This document shows, one piece after another, positions 1-13,711 of a stretch of 64,000 bases of DNA. This stretch comes from Monocercomonoides exilis PA203 (Eukaryota; Protista; Preaxostyla). The translations under genes and the position numbers were made by a program. Each line of letters begins with the position of its first letter. Within the stretch, counting starts at the first letter, position 1. The stretch lies in contig LSRY02000063.1 in NCBI GenBank assembly GCA_001643675.2, positions 369,379 through 433,378 of the forward strand, given 5' to 3'. A model generated the notes under the pieces. It did no database searches. It saw only the letters and a program-made list of their open reading frames with translations, and had not been told where the DNA came from.

Positions 1-900
1 CATATTTGCTTCATCTAGCTGGATCACAACGAAAATCTTCGAAAAAATAATATGCGAAAACTGGTTAATTCTTATTGAAGAAAAAATGAAAAAAGGAGGA
101 TAAAAATCGTCGTTATTTCAAATGGATAATTATTCATCACACTGTTGTGAAGCCGTTGAAACGTTTGCAAAATAAAGAAACATCATCATCAAAAAATTTC
201 CACAAAATTTGACTTATCTGCTTCAATTGTGCGATAACTCAATATTTGCAAGGTTCAAAAAAACGCACAAATGCGACTTCAAAACTTCATCTGATCGTTC
301 TTTTTCCGCATTAAGCTCCGCTGTTTATAACATTCTCCCAGAAGCACTTTCTGCAGCCACGACTCCATCAAATGTGAAACATGCATTTAAACAAACAGGT
401 GTGTGGCTGGTCAAAGATGCTCCTATATTGGAAAGAATAAGCGGAGATCCAGTAAAAAACAAATCATTGTGTGTTGATAAAAACAAAGAACAATTGATCG
501 GAAGATTTTCTCTAAAGAAAAAGAAATATGAAGAAAAAGCTTAAGAGAACTAGAAAACAAATATGAAAAAAGGCAAAACAATTACGAATGGAAAAGATGA
601 AGAAAAAAAAAAACAACATCCATTAGTAATTTGTCAATTTTAATGAAGAAGAAAAAAAACGAACAAGAAATGATTTTATGAATTTGATGAGAAATGAAGA
701 AAAGGATGAGATTGCTATGATGAATACTTCAAGAAAAGAAAATAGAAATAAAAGCGAAAAGAAAATGTGTAGAAAATGTTTGAGGATTGAGTACAATGAC
801 GATACAAGTAATGATGAAAATGCGCAGACTATTTGAAGCATGATCTTATTATAACAACGCTTTTCATCGTGAAATTTGTTGCTTGATATTCGATGAATCC
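1..900 (+). pseudogene. pogo/Tigger-like (DDE_1) transposase relic, 3' part
   Basis: Broken frames give LFQMDNYSSH...KFPQNLTYLLQLCDNSIFARFKK, resembling the DDE_1 'D.H.SH ... P..T..LQP.D..F' signature. Frameshifts and stops present. Confidence 0.55.
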
Positions 901-1669
901 AGAGAAATTGCATTTTATCTTTTTAAAAATTAAAAAGTTTGATTCTTTAATTCGAATTCGATTTGCTTTCTCATTTCATTTTGTGCAATTTTTCACAAGA
1001 AAATTTCCATACTCAATGGATTTTGTAGTGAAAAGCAAATGAAAATTGAAACAAATGTATTCACTCGTTGTGAATTATTTGTCAGAATAAACATTAATGA
1101 AACAGATTCGCTGAAATCTTTTTTAATATGAACAATTCGCAATAACTGAAAGAATGACAAAATAATTTATGAAAAACTCATGTTTCTTTTTAGAAGAATA
1201 AACATTTCTTTCATATGCAGACATATTATCAACTGTTAAACATCATTTAATTGTTGCACGCGTTTGAAAGTAAAATGTCAAGAATGATTGGATGATCTTT
1301 CAACATGATAAATGTCCGGATTTTCGAAGGATTCCGGGTTTTTGAACAATGGGACAAAAGAAATTGTATTTGTGACGGAATAAACACATTTAAATACATC
1401 ACCTGTAATTTGTGAAGAGTGATGGGGGGTAAAAAGCTTCCCGTTGAAGTTCTATCAGTAACAAATTGGCTATAATGAATTCAATACAAAAAAATATGCA
1501 TTTTATGAACAAAAAATATAATTTCAATGAAAATTAAAATTTATTATTATAAAATAGTTTAATTGGCTTTATGATAATAACCCAAAAAAATGAAAAAATG
1601 AAAAAGGAAGTTGAAAGAGAATTTTCTAAAAGTCAGTTAAAGCTGCAGAAGGAGATACAAACGTTTGTA

Positions 1670-3110
1670 TGAATACAATTTCGGAATCCACTGGATCGAA
1701 TGGAGCATTTTGTTAACGATGGAGCTGTGCGAATGGTGGATGCATACAATAGCAAAAAAATATGCATAATACGAATCAAACGTGTGGGAAAGGCTGTTTG
1801 GCAAGACAGATTTGCTTTTAAAATTGGAAGACCAGATATGATCATTGGCGAAATAGAGCAAACAGTGCTGTACCAAATAAAAATAGAATCACTGTCTGGA
1901 GCAAGTTTAACCAACAAGAAAATGCTTGAACTAGTTAACATAAATATTCTTTGAAATGAATAAATAAATATCAATTTGATTGAAAACGTTGTTAATGATT
2001 TGAAACCAGAAAACACACCAGATGGAAAAGTTTCTGCTACCGTTGCACACAATTTCATCAAAAAACACACCGAGCTAAAGACTTCAACGCCGAAAATTGT
2101 TGATTCAAACAAGCTTGCGGTATCATGCCAACATGTTCTGAAGTCCTGGTATGATATGCACAACGGATAACATCAGAACAACAGTTACAACAACGCACTG
2201 ATTTTCAACGTGGACGAGTCTTCACTCAGGGTTCCCGACAGCTCCAATCGGAATGTTGTTCATCCGGCAAATGCAAAATCCGGTTTCGCTAAATCTGCGG
2301 CGCGAATGGCGAATTACACACTGATTGCGGCGGTTGTAGCTGATGGTCAATCACTTCCTTCAGTGATTCTGTGGCCGAGTCTCAAACTTTCTGATGACCT
2401 GAAGCCTCTTCAGTCTTCAAATCTTGAGAATTAGCAGAAAAAATGCAAATGGATGGAATCTTTAACGTTAAGGAAGTATGCACTTACAATTCTTCTCACT
2501 TCAATCAAAGAAAGAAGACAACGCATGTCACTCGACGAATGGCACTGCTTGCTTTTAATCGACTTCCACATTTCTCGAGCAGATCCAACAATCAAACGAG
2601 AGTTCAAAAAAGAAAATGTGGATGTTGTGACATTCATCCCTCACAGCACACACATCTGCCAGCCACTTGACAGAGTCGAATTTTCCATTCTGAAGTTTGA
2701 GATGAGTTCTCAGTACGAAGCACCTTTATCTTCTTCTTCAATTGTCTAGAACACAGCTCTTACATAAGCTCTCCAACAATCAGTTCATTCGGAGTGATCA
2801 CCTTTAGTCACAAAAAAGAGCATTTAATTGCAGCTGAGAGTGGAAAGACTCGTTGGGACAGTTCTGATGAACTTTCATCTATCATCTATTTATTCTCTTC
2901 CTTCTTATGAAAATTGATTTGACTTCTACGTCAAAGAAATTATGAAAAAAATGTGATGAGTGAGTGAAATGAATATTTGAAAAAGAAAAATGAAATGGAA
3001 AAAGAAAAAGAAAATATTTCTTATGAAGATAATGAAGTTGCAATGAATTTCTCAAAAAAGCTGAAAAGAAAGTTCAGAATTCTTCAAGATGAAAGCGAAA
3101 TGATATAGAA
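1670..3110 (+). pseudogene. pogo/Tigger-like (DDE_1) transposase pseudogene
   Basis: Collinear fragments 1700-1954, 1976-2170, IFNVDESSLR (~2200), LIAAVVADGQSLP, and LLLIDFHISRAD...TFIPHSTHICQPLD (2453-2749) match DDE_1 catalytic motifs. Multiple stops and frameshifts. Confidence 0.75.
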
Positions 3111-5089
3111 TCATCAGATGAAATTGAAAGAGGAAAGGGAAAAAGAAAAGTCATCCACAAATTCGATTCGAGTTATGGATATATATATTTTTTAATTTTT
3201 TTTTTGTTTTTTCATTTCGAAAAATTTGGGTACTAATAAAAAAATGCGTGCTAATAAAAATATGACACTATTCAGCGGGAATCATTTTGCAAAAAGAAAG
3301 GTGGGCGCAAATGAATCCATCATTTTTTTAGAAAAAAAAATGTATTTGGTGATAGGAAAAATATGATAAAAAAACAACCAAGATTTTTGGTTTTAATGTT
3401 TTTTTATGAATACTCATTAATGAACTCTGAAAAGTGAAAGATCTATTTTCTGGCGCACCCACTATTTATGAAAGAAGAACAAAGGCTATTGAAATAAGAG
3501 ACAAACATTTTTTATAAGAATAAAAATAATTCTACAAATGACAATGAATATTAATGTTGCCCTGAGTGACGTTGTGACTTCTGACGTGACATTTTCTATT
3601 TTTGACGGATGTGACAAATTTATTCACATCACAATAAAAAAAAATCAAAATTTTAAATATATATTATCAAAACTCAACATATGTTTGAAAAATTGTTTAT
3701 TTCAATTTTTGCGAAAAACTATTTTCAAATTCTCACTAATCAAAATTGCCATAATGCATCTTTTGCTGACGTGATTGGTAGAACTGGAATTTCGATACGT
3801 CACTGACGTTGCTTTATGTTTTTTATTCGAAAAACACAAGAGAATAAGAAGAATAGCGAAACATGTTAGCCAAATCTCAAGAATGTTTTTATTTCATTAT
3901 TCTGAATCAAACAACCATAACATTTCATTGCATTTAAGCGATTCTTCTATTTTGATGAAAGAAACAAAAAAATACAAAATTGAAACAATAGAAAGAACAT
4001 ATCTCCTCTCTACCCAAAGTTAATTGTGAAATACTGAATATGGAATAAATGTGAACAAAGTTTTCAAAGTTTATTTCTTTCATGATTTTTTTGTCAGACT
4101 TTTATCATTAGGTTGAAAATAATAAAGTTCAGAGAGAAGAACAAACTCATTCCAATATTCATGATGAAATGCAGCATCAACAACATAAGTTCAATGAATA
4201 AAGTTTATGTGAAATGAACTCGTTAAAGGATTTATACACATATGACTTTTTTTCAAATGCCATTGATGAATTTTTTAAATCGAAATAATCAACAATAAAG
4301 CACCTTCGCTTATTGAAGATTTTGAAATTGATTGGTACAAAAACAAGAATGTTTTGTCAAATTGTGATTTGTGTAACAATGATAAGATAATTAAATGTGT
4401 GAAATTTGGAATTATCAAGTGGTTTATAACCAAATTTTCTTTTTTTGAATTTTTGTAATGATTTTCACTTGTTACATAAAAGAGACGCAGTTTGAAATGT
4501 CAAAATTTGAAATTTGATTGTTTTGTTTGTTTAACAATTAGCACTTTGATTATCTAATGCTGTTAAAGCTTTTCAATATCTTTTATTAACCTTGGAAATT
4601 TTTTATATTCTGACCCATGCACTTTTCTGGCATTGTTCAAGGTTTTCATGTTGAAAGCGAATGAAATAAAGTTGTTTGAGCTGCAAAAAATTTAAGAAAA
4701 GTGATGAAAAGAGCCTGCTGGAGCAATCGAATTAATGAATGGATAATTGTTTTTTTTCAGAATGATGTGATGCAAATCGTAAGAGGAAAACTTCTGATAT
4801 TAAAAAGAAGAAAAAGAATAGTCAAACGAAGTTTACTAATTCCGTTTTTCTTTTTATTTTATTTTGGAAAGGATGAGAATGAATACAACTATTGTAAAAG
4901 ACTTCAAGTCATATTATTTTCTGTTTGGTGAAATGATACAACAACAAGAAAAACTGTAATTGAGAGATATGAAATAAATATCATTTCATTTCATCCAATG
5001 TTCACATGTCGATCAGAAATATCCAACGATAATTCACATCAATAATAATAGTCTTTAAGTTGTAATCAAATATTTCATGAAAACACATC

Positions 5090-6240
5090 ATGACATCTTC
5101 TTATCCTTTTTCCTTCTTTTGTTCAGCCAAACTTCTCTCTTCATCGCTTTTCATTTTATTTCGCTGTTGTCTTATTCCTTCTCGTACCCTGCTTCATCGC
5201 GAAGACTATCGAAAACTGATAAACAAATCTCAATCTGAGTGCGTCCAACTTCTGATCGAACGATCCCTTCCAAACTGCTATCGATGGATCTGTCTTTCAT
5301 TAACACTTCAATTTCTATCAATCTGCCATCCGTTGCTCCATAGAATAAAACAAATCCATTCCTTCCCCATTCCTCTTTTGTTATCCTTCGCTGGTCCAAT
5401 TGCCCCCGCAACCCTGATGATAGGCCCTGAATATTCTTTGCTCCACAATGAGCATGAGCGCAAAAAAGACTCCAATGTTTGCAGCCATCTCTTCTATAGA
5501 ATCTCTTTTTCTCATCTTCTTTCTTCTTCTTCTTCTTCTTCTTCTCTCTCTCTTTCTCTCTCATTTCCAATTCCTTTGCTGCATCCTTCCAAAAATCAGG
5601 CTCATTCGCGGTGACTGTTTCCAATGATCCATCGCAGATAAATATGGCAAATCAAAAACTCCAAAGCTGATCGAAACTCACAAGCCCAGCCAGATTGTTG
5701 CGCTCTGGATGATAATCCATGATTTCCATCAGCTCCTTCAAGGATCTTTTTCTTTCTGTCATGTATTCCACATTATCTTTATTTTTTCAAAAACGATGAA
5801 AATAATAATCAGATAACGTTTCAAACCTGAATGCCATTGAGATAGCACAAACTCAACAAAGTGATTTCCACTTCTGTTTGTGTCTCCTCGTCACCCTTTC
5901 TCCTCAACAAAGCATTCACAAGGAAAGGCAAACAAATTGAAAGCAATCCAAGCGAAAAGTTGTGACTCAGAGAAATATGGCATTCGCAAAGATCAGTCAC
6001 CTGCTTTTCCCTCTTTCTCTTCTTTCTTCTCAGTTTCATCAGCAATCATTCCTTTCAACTCTTCCGTTCAACTCGGAAAAATGAAAGCAACTATTAAGTG
6101 AACTCTTCATTATTTTATTATATCCAGCAACCTTCAATATGAAAACTGAATTTTCTTGTGAATATTTTCCTTTTCCACGTCTTTTTCTACATTCTGTTGA
6201 GCAGTTTTGCGAAAACTGACGAAAATTTATTCTCATTCAT
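5090..6240 (-). pseudogene. degenerate member of expanded host gene family (paralog of 33309-34700 and 38644-39935)
   Basis: Fragments EKQVTDLCECHISL...ICLPFLVNALLRRKGDEETQTEVEITLLSL align with the LVDLCECYL...CVPCLLKVA..KEE.EE.QKEVE.ALLAL motif of the other two copies. Confidence 0.6.
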
Positions 6241-7455
6241 TAAATCCAAAACTTTAAAGGGTTTTCTGTTTTTATTTGTCCTCATCAAAATCTTCCATCT
6301 GAGATAATTAATTTGAAAGTTTTTTTTGAATAAATCATTATGATGAGGAATTCAATCGCATTTTCTCAACAAACCTGAGAGAATTTTCGTATTGCCCGTT
6401 TCTAGCAATTTGGCAAAATTGAATCCGAAGAAGAGCACAATTTTTATCATTCTTTTCGAATGAGCTTATGCATGAAGAAAAGAAATTATCTATCAATAAG
6501 GATGATATGCATTTTTTTCAAATATTGGTATTCAGCCTTTTCCTTTATGAATTGGAGCAAACACTTGTCATCTCAAAGAAATTAATTGTTTAATTTTTCA
6601 TTTATGAGAAAATGGGATTTTGTGATCTCACAAAAAATTGAAAAAAATTGAATAGAAGACCAGTTAATTAAACTTGCATTCACAAAAGGAAAAAAATATT
6701 GAATTTTTTTTCTTTTTTTCTTTTTTTTTTTCGAAGCGCAAAATTTGTGACGGACGTGACGCTACTTTTTCTTCACGTCACCCGGGGCTATATTCATGAT
6801 TATTAACATATCGAAAAAAGTTACGGTATGTGAAAATTTTTTTGAAAAGATCCTCGACTTAAATTATTTCCCACAAAATATCAAAAATGATCAATAAATA
6901 TCTATTATTCCGTTCCCATTTTGGTTTTGAAAATGTTATTTGTTGTTATTTATTTCGCTTTTAAAAGAAGAATAGGATACAAATTTGTTCATATCATATA
7001 AACTTTTAACTTTATTATGAAATACACATTTGAAAGCAAATGCTTTCCAGCTATTTGAATCAAATGAGCTGCATATTTTTTTAATCATTTTCATTTCATC
7101 CATTCGAATAATCGTTTTGAATTTATGAACAGTAGCTAAGATTTTATTATTTTCCTTTTTTGAAAGATAAATAATATTCAATCTGCTTGAATAATTGAAT
7201 TTTTTGAGAAATTATCAAACAGGAAAGATTTATCAAAACAATACTTGTTACGTTAGAAAAATATTCAAAAAGAAGGAGACATAAAACAACATTTGATGTC
7301 GTTTTGGAAAATTGTGGCTTGAGACATAATTTTTCAAAATATGTTCTATTTATAACAAACTTAAAAATGCAATCTCTTCTCTTATAAAGATTCAAAAAGT
7401 TTGTATCAAACAGTTATTTTCATCTCAGTCTGTGCCTTTCTCTTCTCCCTTCCAT

Positions 7456-10400
7456 TTAATATTGACAAATTATGCAAAGATGTTCTGCTTCAATCTTTTC
7501 AAATTGTACGAAGGAAGCAGGCTTTTTCAGCTGGTCGTCCATTCTGATACAAATGTGGATGCTGTTGGCTCTTCGGGTGGAACTTTTGGCTAGCATGATG
7601 GGAACTGTCTCATCAAAATTCTTGTGGCCTTGGTAGTGAAGCAATCATCTCTTCGCTCAGCGCCTTCGTCTTCTTCGTCTTCTTCAACAGGAGCAGCACA
7701 CCGATCAACTTCACCATTCCGGAGGCGGAGAAGCGAAGAGAAGAAATCTTCAGAGAATGATAAGTCATCATCAGCACATGTGATTGACCCTTCGGATGCC
7801 TCGGCTGTGGCAGAGTTATACACATCAGCAGGAGCGATGGATGATATCGAGAGGCGGCTGGAGTGCATGAAAATCACAGACTGTCGTCACTGAGGGAGCA
7901 ACAAACGCTTCGAATGATTTGTTGTGGTTTTGCGAGCAGTGCTGTATGGGGGTGTTGCGTGTGCACACGATGTGGCGCTTTCGGGGATGCTTTTGGTTCC
8001 GCTGGTGGGGCCACTTCCGTCGCTTGCAGCTCCGGTGGGCACGAAGTCGGGGAGCAAGCGGATCTTTTCAGCGGCAGATGTGAATGCGTTCCCGTCGATC
8101 TACGATCTGTTTAACCCGTCGCTGCAGATATGGCGATCGCCGCAGTCGAGGCGTGTGGTGGTGAAGCTGGACGACGAAGTGATGGGGCGAGAGGTTGCAG
8201 TGTGTGAAGTTGGGGGGATTGTGGAGAAGGGGCTGTCGGCAGCGGGGCTGAGGATGGAGGATGTGGTTCTGTCACCAGCAGCGATTGCGCTGGCTGTGCT
8301 GGAGGAGCGGGAAGAAGTAGAGGACGGAGAAAGGGGAGGCAAAGAGGGAGAAGAAAAGGGAGAAGAAAAGGGAGAAGATGGAAGGAGAGAGGGAGATGAT
8401 GGGAATGAGGAGAAAGGCGGGTATCCGACAGCGCACAGAGAGTTTGTAAAGAGAATCAAAGAGAACCAGGGGAAGCTGGAAGAAGCAATGGCGCAGCTGG
8501 TTGTGGAGGCGTTTGGGCTGAGTTGGCTGAGGTTTGTGAAGGCTGATGCTGAGGCGGGTGCAGACAAGCAGCATTCAGTTGAACCCGAAGTGTGCAGTTC
8601 TTCTCCATCTGATGGCATCCAACAGGAGAACAGAAGAGCAGCAGAAGAAGAAGCAGCAGATGGATCTTTGGGCATAACTTCAGATGGAAGTGAATGAAGT
8701 GTGAGGAGTAGGTGGAAATATCAGTTGATCATTAGATTATAATTAAGGAAAAAGACAAATACGAAGAAGAAGAAGAGGAAAAATCGTTGTTTGACTTATG
8801 CGGAGTAATTAGAAGAAGAAGAGGAAGAAGAGGAAGAGAAAGAATTCAATCAGAATAGCTGAGTGAAGCGGTTGTTCTAAAAGGTTGAGGGATAACGAGC
8901 AGTGCCTTTACACAAAAATTGCAGTCAGCGAATGATGCTTGTGCGCATTGCAAACGGTCAGACTGATGATGTGCTGGGCGAGCTGAACAAGCCGTTGCCT
9001 TGAAGCTTTGTAAAGATGCAGAAGAAATGGAGGAAATCCAGTCGAGAAACAAAGTCGAAGAGGAATCTAATTTTTGAGCCGTGTGAGATTCTCATGCAGC
9101 ATGGGACAGAGAGAGAAGCAGTGGTGAAGCAGGCGATTGTGGAAGATTTGGCGGTTATGTTTTTCGAACTTGCTGAGTGGCTCGAGTACAAAGCAGAGGA
9201 ATACGAGTTTGTGATTAATATCTTTATCAACCAAGTTGAGCTGATCCACCTTGTGAATGAGCACATTGTGATGAAGAAGCTGCAACTGTGCTGATGAGTA
9301 ACAGCGTCTGTTGTGATGGAGCATAGATGATTCCGCGAAGGTGAAGTTTACAACCGAGAAGGGAATTGAAGATGCATGACAGAGCAGAGAAGGAGAAGAA
9401 GCTGGAAATGCGAAGGAGATTCTGAGCAATTGTTCAGCGAAGCTGTCAGTGCATGCATTTGAAGGTATGTTTGATGGGGCGTCTCATGCGGATACGCAGC
9501 TGATATGGCTAGGTTTGTGAATGGAGGTATAGGTGCAGAAGGCGGGGAAGTGGGTTCATTCAACATATCAGACAAGAGGCTCAGTACAGAAGAGGTGTTT
9601 ATTTGAGAAGACAGTCGAATGCTGTTCAGATGATGGGTTTACGCGACTATGATGCTACGTACGCCATTTCTAACTGACGATGCTTTCTCAGTGGTTGTTT
9701 CTATGGATGCTTCCATGGCATTGAAGATGGCAGCAGAGGATCTGCATTATAATTTTGTTTCTTCATCTTCTTCTTTTTTGTCAATTATTATTTTTTTTTA
9801 AGTGTCTGTTTTTTCTTTTCATCCTCCTCTTCATCTCAAACATCTCATATGTCACATTCCTCTTCTTCTTTCTCTTCGTCAGCCTCAGCACATGCATCTT
9901 TGGAAGCACATGCTTTGAACAGCATGTCAAATGAGTGTGTTCTGACTAGTTGCCCGTCGATGTGCTTGTTTCATTGGCTTTACAGTTTTTGCACTGCTCC
10001 GTCGGCCTCCTCATCTCCTGATGCGACGAAGAAGAGCGCTTGTGCGACGAATGGGAAGAGTATGACGAAGGCATTGGTGGAGGTATATCGTCAAGAGGAG
10101 TTGGGGATTTGAACAGACAAGGAGACGAATGGAAGAAGCGCTTCTGCGATGATGTCTGTGAAGATTAAGAGTATGTGACCGGGAGAAGCGGTGGGGCATC
10201 AGCAGCGGAGGAGGAAAGAGGCGCAGACATATCTGATGAAAGAGATGAGGAGGAAGTGGTGGAGATGATTGCAGACGAAGTGACTGCAGCTGGCAAGTTT
10301 GATGAGGTAGTTAGGGCTGTTGCAGCAGCAGATTGTTGGAGGCTTCCTGGATCAACCAAATGAGAAGGATGTGAGGGAGAGCTTGTTAATGTAAGTGACT

Positions 10401-11300
10401 GCTGCGATGTGGCTGAGGATATGCGGGTGTGGAGATAGTTCGTGTTCTAAGAGGAAGACAATGATTGAGATTGAGATTGAGACTGAGATGAAGGCTGAGG
10501 TTGTCGGGCGAGTGCAGGGCCAGGTGAGGTGGATGCAGACATCTGCTGGATGGGCTGAGAGAAGGAAAGAAGAGCAGAGAAAGAGGAGGAAGCGAGAGAT
10601 GTTGGAGAAGTCAGAGAGTCTAAGGAAGAAGAAGTGGAGGAAGACAAAGGTGGAAGGGAAGAAGACTAAGACGATGAAGAAGAAGAAGATGGAGAAGACG
10701 ATAAGGAAGAAGAAGAAGAAGAAGATGCATGAGGTGTGGATTTATGTGTGTGATGTGATGATGAGCACGACAGCTTCGCAGAGGTCGACAGAGGTGCTGA
10801 TGCAAGCGACAGGATCGATCTCTCTGCAAAGTGGCAATGCGAAAAGGACATAAAGCAATTCACTGAAGTATGATGGCACTCTCACGTAATTTTGAACGTT
10901 AAGCTATTTGCTGAGAAAATTGTTTGTGCTATATCCAGTTCATTTGATGATTTGTCCGTCGAATGCGTGTTGCAGCAGAGAGTGAGGGCTCATGGTGAGG
11001 TGAAAGCAGAAGGGAGGATACTGGAGGCCGAGTGGAGAAACAGGGGATATACGTCGCAGGATGTGTAAAATGAAGTGCTGCTTGAGTAACTGGAGAAAAA
11101 AAATTAGCAAAGAGAAGATATGGACTTGATGATGATTTAATGGTAGTTAAAGGAGAAGAGCGTATCTGAAGTTGTGGTTTTGATACTGTTGGCTGAATGT
11201 GAGACAGTGCTGTGGCGCAAATGCAAGAGATAACGATGGCGAAAGGGAGGCAAATGTGTTGGAGTTATGCCATCTCATCAATGTGCATATTTTTGTGTTT
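7456..11300 (+). pseudogene. GC-richer decayed coding-like region of unknown host gene(s); longest piece 7924-8697
   Basis: Higher GC than flanks and E/K/A-rich peptide fragments broken by many stops. No recognisable domain. Confidence 0.35.
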
Positions 11301-11464
11301 GGTATAGAAGAAGAAGAGATGATGATGAAGAGAGAATGAAAATGGAGCGAAGAAAAAGGGATGATGGAAGAGAGAAGATGAGTTTTGATAATTCTGTTTC
11401 AACATTTACAGAAATCATCACTGAATTGGATGTTGAACTTGCATCAGAGATTGTCCATCCACTT

Positions 11465-12050
11465 TAATCATCATTTCCTTTGATTTCATACTTCATGCAG
11501 CAAATTCCAATTCATCGTTCATCGAAATCATTCCACTCACAACAACTTTTTTTGTTCCTATTTGACGTGTGAGAGAGTGCCTCATTGTCAAACAGGGAAA
11601 TTGGACTATTCCACAATGAGAATGGTCAGATGCCTCGAAGTTGCTCACATAGATTTCTTCTGGAGTGGGAAGGAGAAAGATGCATAGAGGAATTGTCACA
11701 TTGGTGTTTCCGTTGTCGAATCCTCGAACTTTGTCAAATGAATCCAATGAATCTGTCACACATGTGATCTTTTCTGATTTTGCAGTCATTTCCAGATTTG
11801 GTGAAAAGACGAAGACGTCGCTTCCCCATTTGGCCGTGTTTGTTCCGAATGAAGAAAAGATCAGAAAATATGGATTTTCATTCAATAATCGAAGAAGGAT
11901 TCCTTCCCCAAGACCATTTGTCGCTGAACAAAGGAACTTATCGGAATGTCCTCCTTTAACTTTCACTTCATTTTCATTCCCTGCACATGCCATAATCGAT
12001 CCTCCTTTCTCTGAACTTGTGCTTCAATATCCTGATATTGCTCTTGAATT
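11465..12050 (-). pseudogene. fragment of a large Cys-containing surface/membrane protein family gene
   Basis: ORF 11493-11993 has EEIYVSNFEASDHSHCGIVQFPCLTMRHSL, a 'YVS...D...CG....PC.T..H.L' repeat unit typical of metamonad surface proteins. Flanked by stops. Confidence 0.45.
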
Positions 12051-13711
12051 CAGATCTTTGTCTATTATAAAATTGAAAACACAAATGTTGGTTATCAACT
12101 GTTAATAATTCAATTAAAAAGACATTATTAAATAATATATAAAAAATAAAATTTATTTGCAATAATGAAATGGAAACCACTTTATTTATCTTATTTTCAG
12201 ATGCATCGAATATGTGTGCTCTATCTTCGCAATCAGGTTTTGTTCAGGCTCATAATGCAAATGAGAAATTCTATTTAAATGAAAATACGAAATAACATTG
12301 AAAATAGAGTTTTTCATATAAAGAATCGAAACACACTTTGCCCATTTCATGGCTCCACAATTGCATAACTATTCATACTAATAAAACCTTTTCACATTGA
12401 AATACTGAAATTTTGATTTTGATCAAAAAATATGATACATAATTTTTCAATTCGGAAAATTTCTGGCATATGATAACTTTTCGTAGTCGTTGAAATGTTC
12501 ACAAAATTCTGAAACATTAATAAAACATGATATAATAGAATAAATAAAACACATTTGGAATCGAATTTTTGGTTTTTAATCTTATATTTTATTTGAAAAA
12601 AAATACCCATATGGGGGAAAATATGGGTGATAATTTTTGAAATCATATTTTTTTCATAAATAATTTTCGGTCCAAAAATTTGTCTTGAATATTAACATAT
12701 GAATATTGAAAAGTGAATAGGCTTATTGAAGATATTATTATCTTTTATTCTGTAAAAATATTTGTTTCAAAAAGTAATTATCATTCCTTTTCTCTTTTGA
12801 ATTAAAATTTTCTTTCAAAAACAAACAATCTTTGAAAAATCCTCACACAGAAAATATATATGATTTCAAAAATAATCACCCATTTGGACTTTCAAGCTTT
12901 TGATGCAAGACATATCAAAAAAATTTTTATTGCTTATTAAAATAGAGTTTGTTTAATAAAACAAGTAAATTCAATTTTTTCGACTTCTTTATTCTTTGTT
13001 CATATGTTATTGAACACTTATTAATTTTGATCAGTTCCCACAAAAAATCAGAAATTTGATAAATTTTTAATAACATTGAAAATAAGAAAACCACTCTTGA
13101 AATGTTATCTTCACTTAAACCTGTGTGACGTAATGACCACTGACGTGAAAATTTTCAATTCTGACGGACTCATCAAAAATATTCGCGTTTGTGATTGTTC
13201 AAAAGTTCAAATATTTCGTGAAAGCATAAAAAAATTATATATTATAATTTATTTCTTTTTTTAAGTTTATTATTTGCACAAGAAAATCAATAATCGTCGT
13301 TAATATGGGACGAAATATTTCACCTTTGGACTTTTGTTCCACCCATAATCCTATGCCTGTAATAATGAAGGAAAACATTATATCAAAGGAAAAATATTAA
13401 AATAAAATAAAACAAGAATGAGAGGATAGTGGGTGAAAAAATAGAAAATAGAAAATAGATAAAATAAAAATAAATGAATAAAAACAAAAAAAAATATTTA
13501 TTATTTATTATTTTTTCGTAAAATATTGAGAAATTTTTTTTTATTCTCCTGGGAGACTGAATCTGGATCCAAAGCCTGCAAGTCTTTATTTTACTAATAA
13601 ATAAAACAAAAACAGGAAGGATTCAGTCACGTCTTCAAACAAATTTAATTTGTTATCATTAGATAAGCAAGAATAAAAAACAATTTCTTTGTATTTTTTG
13701 TTTTAAGATTT

